Source: an uncultured Chromatiaceae bacterium
GTDB lineage: Bacteria; Pseudomonadota; Gammaproteobacteria; Steroidobacterales; GCA-2729495
DNA length: 64,000 bases
Direction of reading: 5' to 3'
NCBI GenBank assembly: GCA_964417725.1
Contig: CAYQIV010000009.1
Location: 33,849-97,848, forward strand
The position numbers and the translations under genes were made by a program. The notes under the pieces are model-generated. The model worked only from the letters and a program-made list of their open reading frames with translations. It made no database searches and was not told the origin of the DNA. Positions 17,671 to 25,242 of the stretch are shown here, one piece after another. Position 1 is the stretch's first letter. Each line of letters begins with the position of its first letter.

Positions 17671-18375
17671 TCAGGGTCCTGGTCGGGTCATCGTCATTGT
17701 CGGCGCGCCGGCCGCCGGCTCGGCCGGCAAGCGGCCATGGTCGCCCGGCGCAATGAAGGGTTGGTCGCCGCCGATGAGCAGCTGCGCCTCAATCAGCGGC
17801 AAACGGTCATTGCCGAAGTACATGTCGGTACCGAGGAAAAAAGTCGGGGAACCGAAGCCACCGCGGGCCACCAGCGTATCGCAGTTGTCCTGGAGTGCGG
17901 CCGCCGTATCAGCCGCAGCGACGGCACTGCGGAAGCGGGCGCGGTCGAGCCCCACCGCCACGGCAATGTCATCGATGACATCTTCGGCCAGGATGTCCCT
18001 GCCCTCCGTGAAATACGCGCGGAAAACGGCGTGGGCGTAATCCGGCCCCTGACCGGCGGCACTCGCCACGATCGCCCCACGCTGGGCGCGCTCCGGTGTC
18101 ACCGGCCAACGGGGTGGCAAGTGGATGCGCACGCCGCAATACCGCGCCCAATCCTGGAGGTCCTTGGCCGAATATGCTGCCTTGCGCGGGTTCGGGTCGA
18201 GCCGCGTGCCGGGAAAACTGCGGTTGGCCTCGGCGTGGACCCTGTCGACGAGGATCGGCAGGTAGCGCACGGTGGCACCGGTGCGCATCGCCACTTCGCG
18301 GATGCGCACGAATGCCAGATACGTCCATGGGCAGGAGCAGCAGTAGTAGAAATCGATTTCCCTGGCCGTCGTCAT
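17671..18375 (-). CDS. DsbA-like thioredoxin-fold protein (2-hydroxychromene-2-carboxylate isomerase family)
   Basis: ATG at 18375 overlaps the ligase stop (ATGA). 234 aa. MTTAREIDFYYCCSCPWTYLAF...GFGSPTFFLGTDMYFGNDRL is typical of the HCCA-isomerase/DsbA family. No signal peptide. Its stop lies 2 nt before the molybdoenzyme ATG. Confidence 0.7.
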   Translation of the reverse strand: MTTAREIDFYYCCSCPWTYLAFVRIREVAMRTGATVRYLPILVDRVHAEANRSFPGTRLDPNPRKAAYSAKDLQDWARYCGVRIHLPPRWPVTPERAQRGAIVASAAGQGPDYAHAVFRAYFTEGRDILAEDVIDDIAVAVGLDRARFRSAVAAADTAAALQDNCDTLVARGGFGSPTFFLGTDMYFGNDRLPLIEAQLLIGGDQPFIAPGDHGRLPAEPAAGAPTMTMTRPGP

Positions 18376-19910
18376 CGCACGCGGTCGCGCAACGCCGTCT
18401 TCAGCACCTTGCCGTTGGCATTGCGGGGAATTTCCCCAAGGAAATCGAAATGTTTGGGCACCTTCATGCGTGACACCTGCCCACTGCACCAGTCGCTGAT
18501 CGCCGCCGGGTCCAGCGATTGGCCGGGACGACAGACGACAAACGCCTTGAGGACCTCGCCCCACTTGTCGTCGGGCACGCCGATGATGGCCACATCCGCC
18601 ACCGCCGGGTGGCGCAGCAGTACGTCCTCGACCTCACGGGGATAGATGTTGACCCCGCCTGAAATCACCATGTCCTTCTTGCGGTCGACGATGTAGAGGT
18701 AGCCTTCGGCATCCCGCCGGGCCAGGTCACCGACACTCACCCAACCGTCCTGGAAGGCCTCGGCAGTGTCTTCTGGCCTTCCAAAATAACCATTGAAAAG
18801 ATAAGGACTTGAAGAAAATAGCTCGCCCACTTCATCAATATCGCAGATCCGGCCATCCGGGCGGCGAACCTCGACCTGCGTACACGGGAAGGGCTGTCCC
18901 ACGCAGCGTACCTTGCGTATTTGGTCTGGTGGCCGGAGGTTCGAGACGATGCCAGCCTCCGTCGAGCCATAGGTTTCATGAAGGCGTCCGGGGCCGAAGT
19001 AATCGACCAGCACCTCCTTCATGGGCTGGGGCATGGCCGCCGCGTTGGAGATCACCGTGCGCAACGTGTTGTCGCGGGCCGCATCGCGCTGCGCTGCTCC
19101 GAGGGACATCATCGAGTGAAAGTGTGTCGGCACGCCGAAAAACCCCGTGAACGGCGCCTCGCCGAGGCGGCGCATGACGAGTTCCGGCTCGAACCGGTCG
19201 ATGATCTCGGCATGGCCACCGAAAAAGATCGGGGCCAGCGAGAACACCATGCCCGCACCGTGGCACATCGGCGCGATGGCCAGGAAACGATCGTCCGGCC
19301 CGTAGCAGCCATACTCCACCGCCATGCCGAAAAGCGTCAGGATCCGCGAGCGGTGCGAAACCAGCACGCCCTTGGGCTTGCCCGTGGTCCCCGACGTGTA
19401 GGGGATCGTGAACGTGTCCCACTCCGCCACATTCCGGGGAATGGCCGCCGGACGCGCCCGACCGAGCTGTTGCGTCAACTCATCGCCGATGACGATGATG
19501 TGGCGCACGCTCTCGAAGCGACAATCGCGCAGCGCCTCGGCATATTCCGCATCGGCAAACAGGACCAGGGCGCGGGCATCGTTGCAGATGGCGACGATCT
19601 CCGGCACCGCGAGACGCGGGTTGACGGTGGCCAGCGCGATGCCGGCCTGGGATGCACCGATGACGATCTCGAGGTACTCGATCGAGTTCCTGGCGACGAT
19701 GGCGCCATGCTGGCCGGGTGCAAGGCCGATGCCCGTCCCCAGGAATGCGCTGACGCGGTCGATGCGATCGACGAGTTCCGCGTAGGTGCGGGTCTTCGAC
19801 CCGTGCCGGCACGCCACCTTGGCCGGGTCGCGCGTCATCGCGGCACGGACGCCGGCAGCCAGCGAAAGGTGCTGGAACGATGCGGGCAGAACGGCAGGCG
19901 TCGGTGTCAT
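18372..19910 (-). CDS. AMP-dependent synthetase/ligase (acyl- or aryl-CoA ligase)
   Basis: ATG at 19910 is preceded by AGGA. Motifs YTSGTTGKPKGV, GYFGRPEDT and DRKKDMVISGG are present, plus a C-terminal ...PRNANGKVLK. Confidence 0.85.
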   Translation of the reverse strand: MTPTPAVLPASFQHLSLAAGVRAAMTRDPAKVACRHGSKTRTYAELVDRIDRVSAFLGTGIGLAPGQHGAIVARNSIEYLEIVIGASQAGIALATVNPRLAVPEIVAICNDARALVLFADAEYAEALRDCRFESVRHIIVIGDELTQQLGRARPAAIPRNVAEWDTFTIPYTSGTTGKPKGVLVSHRSRILTLFGMAVEYGCYGPDDRFLAIAPMCHGAGMVFSLAPIFFGGHAEIIDRFEPELVMRRLGEAPFTGFFGVPTHFHSMMSLGAAQRDAARDNTLRTVISNAAAMPQPMKEVLVDYFGPGRLHETYGSTEAGIVSNLRPPDQIRKVRCVGQPFPCTQVEVRRPDGRICDIDEVGELFSSSPYLFNGYFGRPEDTAEAFQDGWVSVGDLARRDAEGYLYIVDRKKDMVISGGVNIYPREVEDVLLRHPAVADVAIIGVPDDKWGEVLKAFVVCRPGQSLDPAAISDWCSGQVSRMKVPKHFDFLGEIPRNANGKVLKTALRDRVR

Positions 19911-19914
19911 TCCT

Positions 19915-20808
19915 TCACTCCTGGCCTGGCAGGCGGAACACGCGCAGCGCATTGTCGCGCATCAGCAAGCGGTGCGCCTCCCCGCTCAGCCCCAGCGCAT
20001 CGACTTCTCGGACCGCGCGCTCCGGGTCGATGACCGGCCAGTCGGTGCCAAACATCACCTTGTGGCGCCCGTACGTGCTGGCGTAATGCACGAATGATGG
20101 CGGCCAGTAGCGCGGCGCATAGGCATCACCTGCCGCGTAGACATTCTCGTGCTTCCAGCACATGGAGATCATTTCCTCCGTCCACGGGATGCCGATGTGG
20201 ATGCCGATGAGGCGCAGTTCGGGGAAATCGATGGCCACCTGATCGAGGCAGATCGGGCGGCCAACCGAGGGCAGGCGCCGGTGGCGCGAGTACACCAGGT
20301 TGTGTCCGACCTGCATCATGATCGGGATATCGAGCTCGCAACACTTGGCATAGTAGGGATAGTACTTGGCGTGATCCGGCGCCAGCCCACACCAGTGCGG
20401 GTAGAGGTGGGCGCCGACGAAACCGTACTCGCGCACCGCCTGCTCGAGATCCCGCAGGCCCTGCATGCCGCGGAAGGGGTCGATACCGGCCAGCCCGGAA
20501 AAACGCGCGGGGTGGTTTTGACAAACCTCGTGGACGCGCTGGTAGGGGATCTCGAAGCCCCCCCGCACGTTGATGTCGCCGGCCCGCACGGCGATGAGCA
20601 GCGAGCGCTCGATGCCCGCCCGGTCCATGCGCGCCAGATAATCCTCGACGGACACGCCACCCCGGATATCCTCCGGCATGCGGACCTGGCGTTTGAAGTC
20701 CTCGTCGAGCCCCGTCTGGCCGGCCATGACTTCCTGCGGGGTAAAGAGGTTGCAGACGATGTCGATCGTGCCATCGCGCGATGTCGAAGGATTGCTGCTA
20801 CTGACCAT
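19915..20808 (-). CDS. amidohydrolase-2 family (ACMSD/LigW-like TIM-barrel hydrolase or decarboxylase)
   Basis: 297 aa from ATG 20808. Contains VGAHLYPH, MMQVGH and FGTDWP metal-site-like motifs. The first strand reads IDIVCNL instead of the usual D-x-H-x-H. The start choice overlaps the upstream gene by 11 nt. Confidence 0.65.
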   Translation of the reverse strand: MVSSSNPSTSRDGTIDIVCNLFTPQEVMAGQTGLDEDFKRQVRMPEDIRGGVSVEDYLARMDRAGIERSLLIAVRAGDINVRGGFEIPYQRVHEVCQNHPARFSGLAGIDPFRGMQGLRDLEQAVREYGFVGAHLYPHWCGLAPDHAKYYPYYAKCCELDIPIMMQVGHNLVYSRHRRLPSVGRPICLDQVAIDFPELRLIGIHIGIPWTEEMISMCWKHENVYAAGDAYAPRYWPPSFVHYASTYGRHKVMFGTDWPVIDPERAVREVDALGLSGEAHRLLMRDNALRVFRLPGQE

Positions 20809-21709
20809 CGAGATCCCACTCGCCAGCAGAACGGGAGCGCACGGGCAACCCGGCAATCACCGGGGCCTGATACTTGTCGCGCGGGTCGTAGTTGATTGGT
20901 TTGCCCTCGACGACGATGCGCTCGTTCACCGTGATCCAGTTGATCAGCGAGCCGTCCAGGCGGAAGAAGCCCGTCCAGCCGCGCTCTTCACCCGCCACGA
21001 AATGACCGTGCTTGACGCGCGCCGGCCTGAAAAAATAGGTACCGGCGTCGAGCGTGCCGAAGTTGTAGACCAGATGGCCATCGAGGCTGTAGGCCTCCTC
21101 GAACACCGGGTGGTGCACCATGCGGTTGTCCGACCAGCCCGGCGGTGCCCAGGCCAGCATCGTGACAAACCCCTTGTCGTTGTGCCCCGGCGGCGCCGGG
21201 TCATGATAGAGGAGCTTGAGCTTGAGAAACCGCTGCGTATCGCCCTCATAGGCGTTGGGCATCCACTCCATGCGCGAGGTGTCGACAATCGTCAATTGCC
21301 CTTGCTCGCTCGAAGCCGTGTTGCCACCCCGGGGCACGAAACGGCCGCGGTCCTTCGACGAAAGCGAGAAGCCCCAATCACCAAACTCACGGAAGATCAG
21401 CACATCGGTACCGGCGGCCGCCTCCATCGGGGGGATGCACAGCCCGGCGGGTGCGCGAAAATATCCGCCCTTGCCGAGAAAGCGGTCACCAATCCGGATG
21501 GTTCCGGACATGACGTACCACTCGACGTCCGCATGATGATAGCCGGCCTCCCGACGCCACGCCTTGTCGAACACGACGCGCGTCGACGCGGCACCGTTCT
21601 CCTCGTCGTAGGACAGGTTTCTCTGCCGCACCTTGCCGTCGCTGCGGGCAAGTTCCGCCTCGTGCCAGACGAGGTCCGCTTCCTGGATCAGTTCCACATG
21701 AGGGCGCAC
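20798..21709 (-). CDS. bicupin protein
   Basis: 303 aa with an internal duplication: YHHADVEWYVMSG...GGYFRAPAG and VHHPVFEEAYSLDG...GTYFFRPARV. Both are cupin-like HH-x3-E motifs. Confidence 0.6.
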   Translation of the reverse strand: MRPHVELIQEADLVWHEAELARSDGKVRQRNLSYDEENGAASTRVVFDKAWRREAGYHHADVEWYVMSGTIRIGDRFLGKGGYFRAPAGLCIPPMEAAAGTDVLIFREFGDWGFSLSSKDRGRFVPRGGNTASSEQGQLTIVDTSRMEWMPNAYEGDTQRFLKLKLLYHDPAPPGHNDKGFVTMLAWAPPGWSDNRMVHHPVFEEAYSLDGHLVYNFGTLDAGTYFFRPARVKHGHFVAGEERGWTGFFRLDGSLINWITVNERIVVEGKPINYDPRDKYQAPVIAGLPVRSRSAGEWDLDGQ

Positions 21710-21743
21710 TGCCTTTCTCCCTTGGGTTGGCTGTCGTGGTGGC

Positions 21744-22106
21744 TCAGCGCGAGCCCCGGCGCCGCGTACCGGCCACCTTCCTGCGGGACTGGCTGGCGGT
21801 CTTGCGGGCCTTCTTCTTCACCTTTTTTCCTGGCTGACTGCCCGGCCGGCGCCTGCCGGCGGGACGGGTTTCCTCGAGCAGCAGGAAGTCGTCGCACAGG
21901 GCCCGCGTCTGGCGGCACGCCTCGATGAAGTCCTCCATCACCGGCCCGCTGACCGGCACCTGCCCAGGGGCCGGCGCCGCCCGCTTGAGGGCCCGCCAGT
22001 CCTTGTTCAGCCGCCGCAGGGTCTGCTCCACGGCATTGGCGACGTACCGGGCATGGAAATCCCAGTCACCGCGGATGGCGCCCAGATCCACCGTCTTGTC
22101 GGTCAT
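21744..22106 (-). CDS. hypothetical small protein with Arg/Lys-rich C-terminal tail
   Basis: ATG at 22106 (MTDKTVDLGAIRGDWDFHARY...). 120 aa. Tail RPAGRRRPGSQPGKKVKKKARKTASQSRRKVAGTRRRGSR. No family recognised. Confidence 0.5.
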   Translation of the reverse strand: MTDKTVDLGAIRGDWDFHARYVANAVEQTLRRLNKDWRALKRAAPAPGQVPVSGPVMEDFIEACRQTRALCDDFLLLEETRPAGRRRPGSQPGKKVKKKARKTASQSRRKVAGTRRRGSR

Positions 22107-22131
22107 TTGCCCACTCCCCGAGTGTCCTTGA

Positions 22132-22182
22132 ATATTTGTATTTGATCGGTCATTGATCAAGCTGCATTTGTGAGTCAAATAT
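22132..22182. promoter_or_regulatory. nested inverted repeats in a low-GC divergent promoter region
   Basis: Outer arms ATATTTG (22132..22138) and CAAATAT (22176..22182). Inner TTGATC-N7-GATCAA (22142..22160). Located between the divergent starts at 22106 (-) and 22293 (+), in the most AT-rich stretch of the window. Confidence 0.4.
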
Positions 22183-22292
22183 AGCACCATTCACCCTCGA
22201 TGGAAGCCACCGCCGCCCGGACGCCATTGCCCACGGGGGGTCCGGCAGGCTATGAATGCCGCTGCGCGCCAAGGCGCCCGGGAGAGACCTGC

Positions 22293-22967
22293 ATGTCGTC
22301 GTATCTGCTGTGGAACTACCTGCATATCCTGATGTTCGTTTTCTGGGTCGGCACCGACATGGGGGTCTACCTCGCCGCCCGCAAATCGACCGACTCCCGG
22401 CTCGATTTCATGACGCGCGTGCTGCTGCTGCATCTGGCACTGCGCATCGAGCTGCTGCCACGAACGATGTGGAAGGCGGCCCTGCCCTTTGGCGTCATGC
22501 TGTCGCGCGACCTCGGCCTCATCGCGATCAGCGACACCGGCGTGGTACTGGTATGGCTTTTCAGCCTGGTCTGGTGGGGCATCAGCATGACGGGTGCGTG
22601 GTACTACGACCGGCCGTTCGGGCACCGGTTGGCGCGGATCACCAATTGGCTGACGAGCGCGGTCGGCGTCGCGCTGATCGCGCTGTGCGCGACGTCATGG
22701 GCCGGCCTCGGACCGTTCACGGCGGACGCGACGTGGCTGCAACTCAAGGTTGCGCTGTATGGCGTGATCAACCTGCTGGTGGTCGCCATGATCGTGGTGT
22801 TCGACCCGCTGGGCGCAGCCTTCGGCAGGCTGGCCGTGGAGGGATCGACGGCGGAGATCGAAGCGATCATCCGCAACACCATGGGCCGATCGACGGTCGT
22901 GATCTGGTCGACGTACGCGCTGATCTGCATCGTCGGGTTCATCGGCACGACGCGGATCCTTGGCTGA
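22293..22967 (+). CDS. integral membrane protein, function unknown
   Basis: ATG at 22293 (MSSYLLWNYLHILMFVFWVGTDMGVYL...). 224 aa with about six hydrophobic helices. Confidence 0.6.
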   Translation: MSSYLLWNYLHILMFVFWVGTDMGVYLAARKSTDSRLDFMTRVLLLHLALRIELLPRTMWKAALPFGVMLSRDLGLIAISDTGVVLVWLFSLVWWGISMTGAWYYDRPFGHRLARITNWLTSAVGVALIALCATSWAGLGPFTADATWLQLKVALYGVINLLVVAMIVVFDPLGAAFGRLAVEGSTAEIEAIIRNTMGRSTVVIWSTYALICIVGFIGTTRILG

Positions 22968-23072
22968 GGGTGCTCTCGTGACAGTGGGCAGCGACCGGCG
23001 ATGGGCGGTAGCCAGCCCCGCGGTGATTCGTTATAGTCGCCCGCCTGTATTTTTTTCCCGTGTATCAGGGGG

Positions 23073-23726
23073 ATGCCTCAGATGAATTCCAGGTTCGCGC
23101 GCCTGTCCGGCCTTTGCCTTTGCCCGCTCATCGCCGCCGCACCGCTGTCGACCGCCGTGGCAGCGGAAAGCCCCCGCTACACATGGCTGGGGGCCGGCTA
23201 CCAGTGGACCGACGTCAACTATGCCATCAAGCAGGAAGGTGGCGAGCACGATGGCATCCGTCTCGATGGCTCGCTGGGGCTCATGGAGATCGGACCTTTC
23301 GGTCTTCATCTGGTGGCCGACTACTTCGACGGCGATTTCACCGGCATCGAAGGCCCCGACCAGGACTCAAGCTCATGGTCGCTCGGCCTCGGCGGCAGCT
23401 ATCGGTTGCGTGAGAACATGGATGTCGTGCTGCGCGCGCGCTACGTCGAGACCGAACTCGACAACGTGGACGACGACGGCTACTCGATCGAGGCCTTCGT
23501 GCTGTCACAGATCAGCGACAATCTCGACTTCGAAGCCGGGTTCCGCTACTCCGACCTGGACGATTCCGACATTTCCAACAACGATGTCTTCCTCGGTCTT
23601 GGCTACGCACTCAACGACTGGCTGTCATTCCGCGCCCGCGGCGTCATCTTCGACGACGACACGGGTTTTGAAATCGGCTTCAGGGCCCATTTCGCCGGTT
23701 TCCTCGGCAAGGACCACCTTTTCTGA
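23073..23726 (+). CDS. small outer-membrane beta-barrel protein
   Basis: 217 aa. Signal peptide (LCLCPLIAAAPLSTAVAAE), alternating amphipathic strands, and a C-terminal aromatic residue (...GKDHLF). Confidence 0.65.
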   Translation: MPQMNSRFARLSGLCLCPLIAAAPLSTAVAAESPRYTWLGAGYQWTDVNYAIKQEGGEHDGIRLDGSLGLMEIGPFGLHLVADYFDGDFTGIEGPDQDSSSWSLGLGGSYRLRENMDVVLRARYVETELDNVDDDGYSIEAFVLSQISDNLDFEAGFRYSDLDDSDISNNDVFLGLGYALNDWLSFRARGVIFDDDTGFEIGFRAHFAGFLGKDHLF

Positions 23727-23738
23727 GTCGCCACCCGC

Positions 23739-23768
23739 CCCGCTGGCCGTGCTGTGACGGCCAGCGGG
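23739..23768 (+). terminator. 11-bp GC-rich hairpin after the outer-membrane protein gene (no U-tract)
   Basis: CCCGCTGGCCG-N8-CGGCCAGCGGG, 12 nt after the stop codon. Confidence 0.35.
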
Positions 23769-23790
23769 CCTGATCCGCGGCCACGCCACG

Positions 23791-25242
23791 GTGAACGCGT
23801 TGCGCATCCTGATGGTCAGTGCCGAGTTGGCCCCCATCGCCAAGACGGGCGGGCTGGCCGACATGGTGGCCGGTCTCGCCGGGCAACTGGTGCGCGACGG
23901 CCATGACGTCCGGGTCATCCTGCCGGCCTATGGCGGCGCACCGCCTGCATGGCACGAACTCGCCGCCGGCCATGCCCCGTCCACCGGCGATGCATACCGG
24001 CTGCTCCACCGCCCGGCTGCACCAGGCGCCCCTCCGGTCTACCTCATCGACGCACCGGTGCGCTACGGTGGCAGCAGGGTCTACCGCGGTGACGACGGCG
24101 ATGCCGCGCGTTTCGCCCTGCTTGCCGAGGCTGCGCTCCACCTCTACCAGGCGCTGGCATGGCGGCCCGATGTCATCCACTGCCACGATTGGCACGCCGC
24201 GCTGCTGCCCTACCTGCTGCACATCCGCGAAGCGCACGGCCCGCCCGTTCTGCTGACCATTCACAACATCGGCTATCAAGGGGATTTCCCCGCACACCTG
24301 GCCGGCCGGATAGGCCTGCCCCCGGCCGTCACCGGTGACGCCGCCTCCCCCGCGGACAACCCGCGCCTGAATTTCCTGCGCATCGGCATCACGCACGCCG
24401 ATGCGCTGACGACCGTCAGCCCCACCCATGCGCGCGAAATCCTCACTCCGGCACACGGGCATGGACTGGACGGGCTGCTCAGGCAACGGGCCGACCGGCT
24501 TCGGGGGATCCTCAACGGCGCCGACTACACGCTATGGAATCCCGCCAGGGACCCCTGCATCGCGGCCCGCTACGATGACCGGGACACACGGCCCAAAGCA
24601 CGCTGCAAGGCTGACCTGATAGAGCTCGCCGGGCTGGGGGACAGCGGCGGGAGGCCGCTGCTCGGCATGGTCACGCGACTGGCCTGGCAAAAGGGCATCG
24701 AACTGGTCTGTGCAGCCTTGCCCCCACTGCTTGCGGCCGGCAGGGTCCAGGCCCTCATCCTCGGTGAGGGCGAACCCCGCTACGGCGAGCATCTGGCGGC
24801 GCTGGCGGCAACATTCCCGCGTGACTTTGCCTTCATCGAGGCCCAGGACGAGACCCTCGCACACAAGGTCTATGCCGGTGCCGACGCACTGCTGGTGCCA
24901 TCGATCTACGAACCGTGCGGACTGACCCAGATGTATGCGTTGCGCTATGGGACGGTGCCCATTGTGCGGGCGACGGGTGGGCTGCAGGACACAGTCAGCC
25001 ATTACATGCCGGAACGGGGCGAAGGCACGGGCAGCGTGTTCCGCGACGCCGATGTCAACGGCCTGGCGTGGGCCATCGGCGAGGTACTGGGGTGGTATGA
25101 GACCCCTCCTGCATGGCATCGCCTGGTCGCCAACGGCCTCAGGGCGGATTTCTCCTGGGTCCATCAGGCCCGGGCGTACGAAGCCGTATACCGGGAGCTG
25201 TGCACGGCCGCTGAAAACGGTGGGAGCGGCCTCAGCGCATAA
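23791..25242 (+). CDS. glgA: glycogen synthase
   Basis: 483 aa. ILMVSAELAPIAKTGGLADMV N-terminal motif; GTG start. Confidence 0.9.
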   Translation: MNALRILMVSAELAPIAKTGGLADMVAGLAGQLVRDGHDVRVILPAYGGAPPAWHELAAGHAPSTGDAYRLLHRPAAPGAPPVYLIDAPVRYGGSRVYRGDDGDAARFALLAEAALHLYQALAWRPDVIHCHDWHAALLPYLLHIREAHGPPVLLTIHNIGYQGDFPAHLAGRIGLPPAVTGDAASPADNPRLNFLRIGITHADALTTVSPTHAREILTPAHGHGLDGLLRQRADRLRGILNGADYTLWNPARDPCIAARYDDRDTRPKARCKADLIELAGLGDSGGRPLLGMVTRLAWQKGIELVCAALPPLLAAGRVQALILGEGEPRYGEHLAALAATFPRDFAFIEAQDETLAHKVYAGADALLVPSIYEPCGLTQMYALRYGTVPIVRATGGLQDTVSHYMPERGEGTGSVFRDADVNGLAWAIGEVLGWYETPPAWHRLVANGLRADFSWVHQARAYEAVYRELCTAAENGGSGLSA

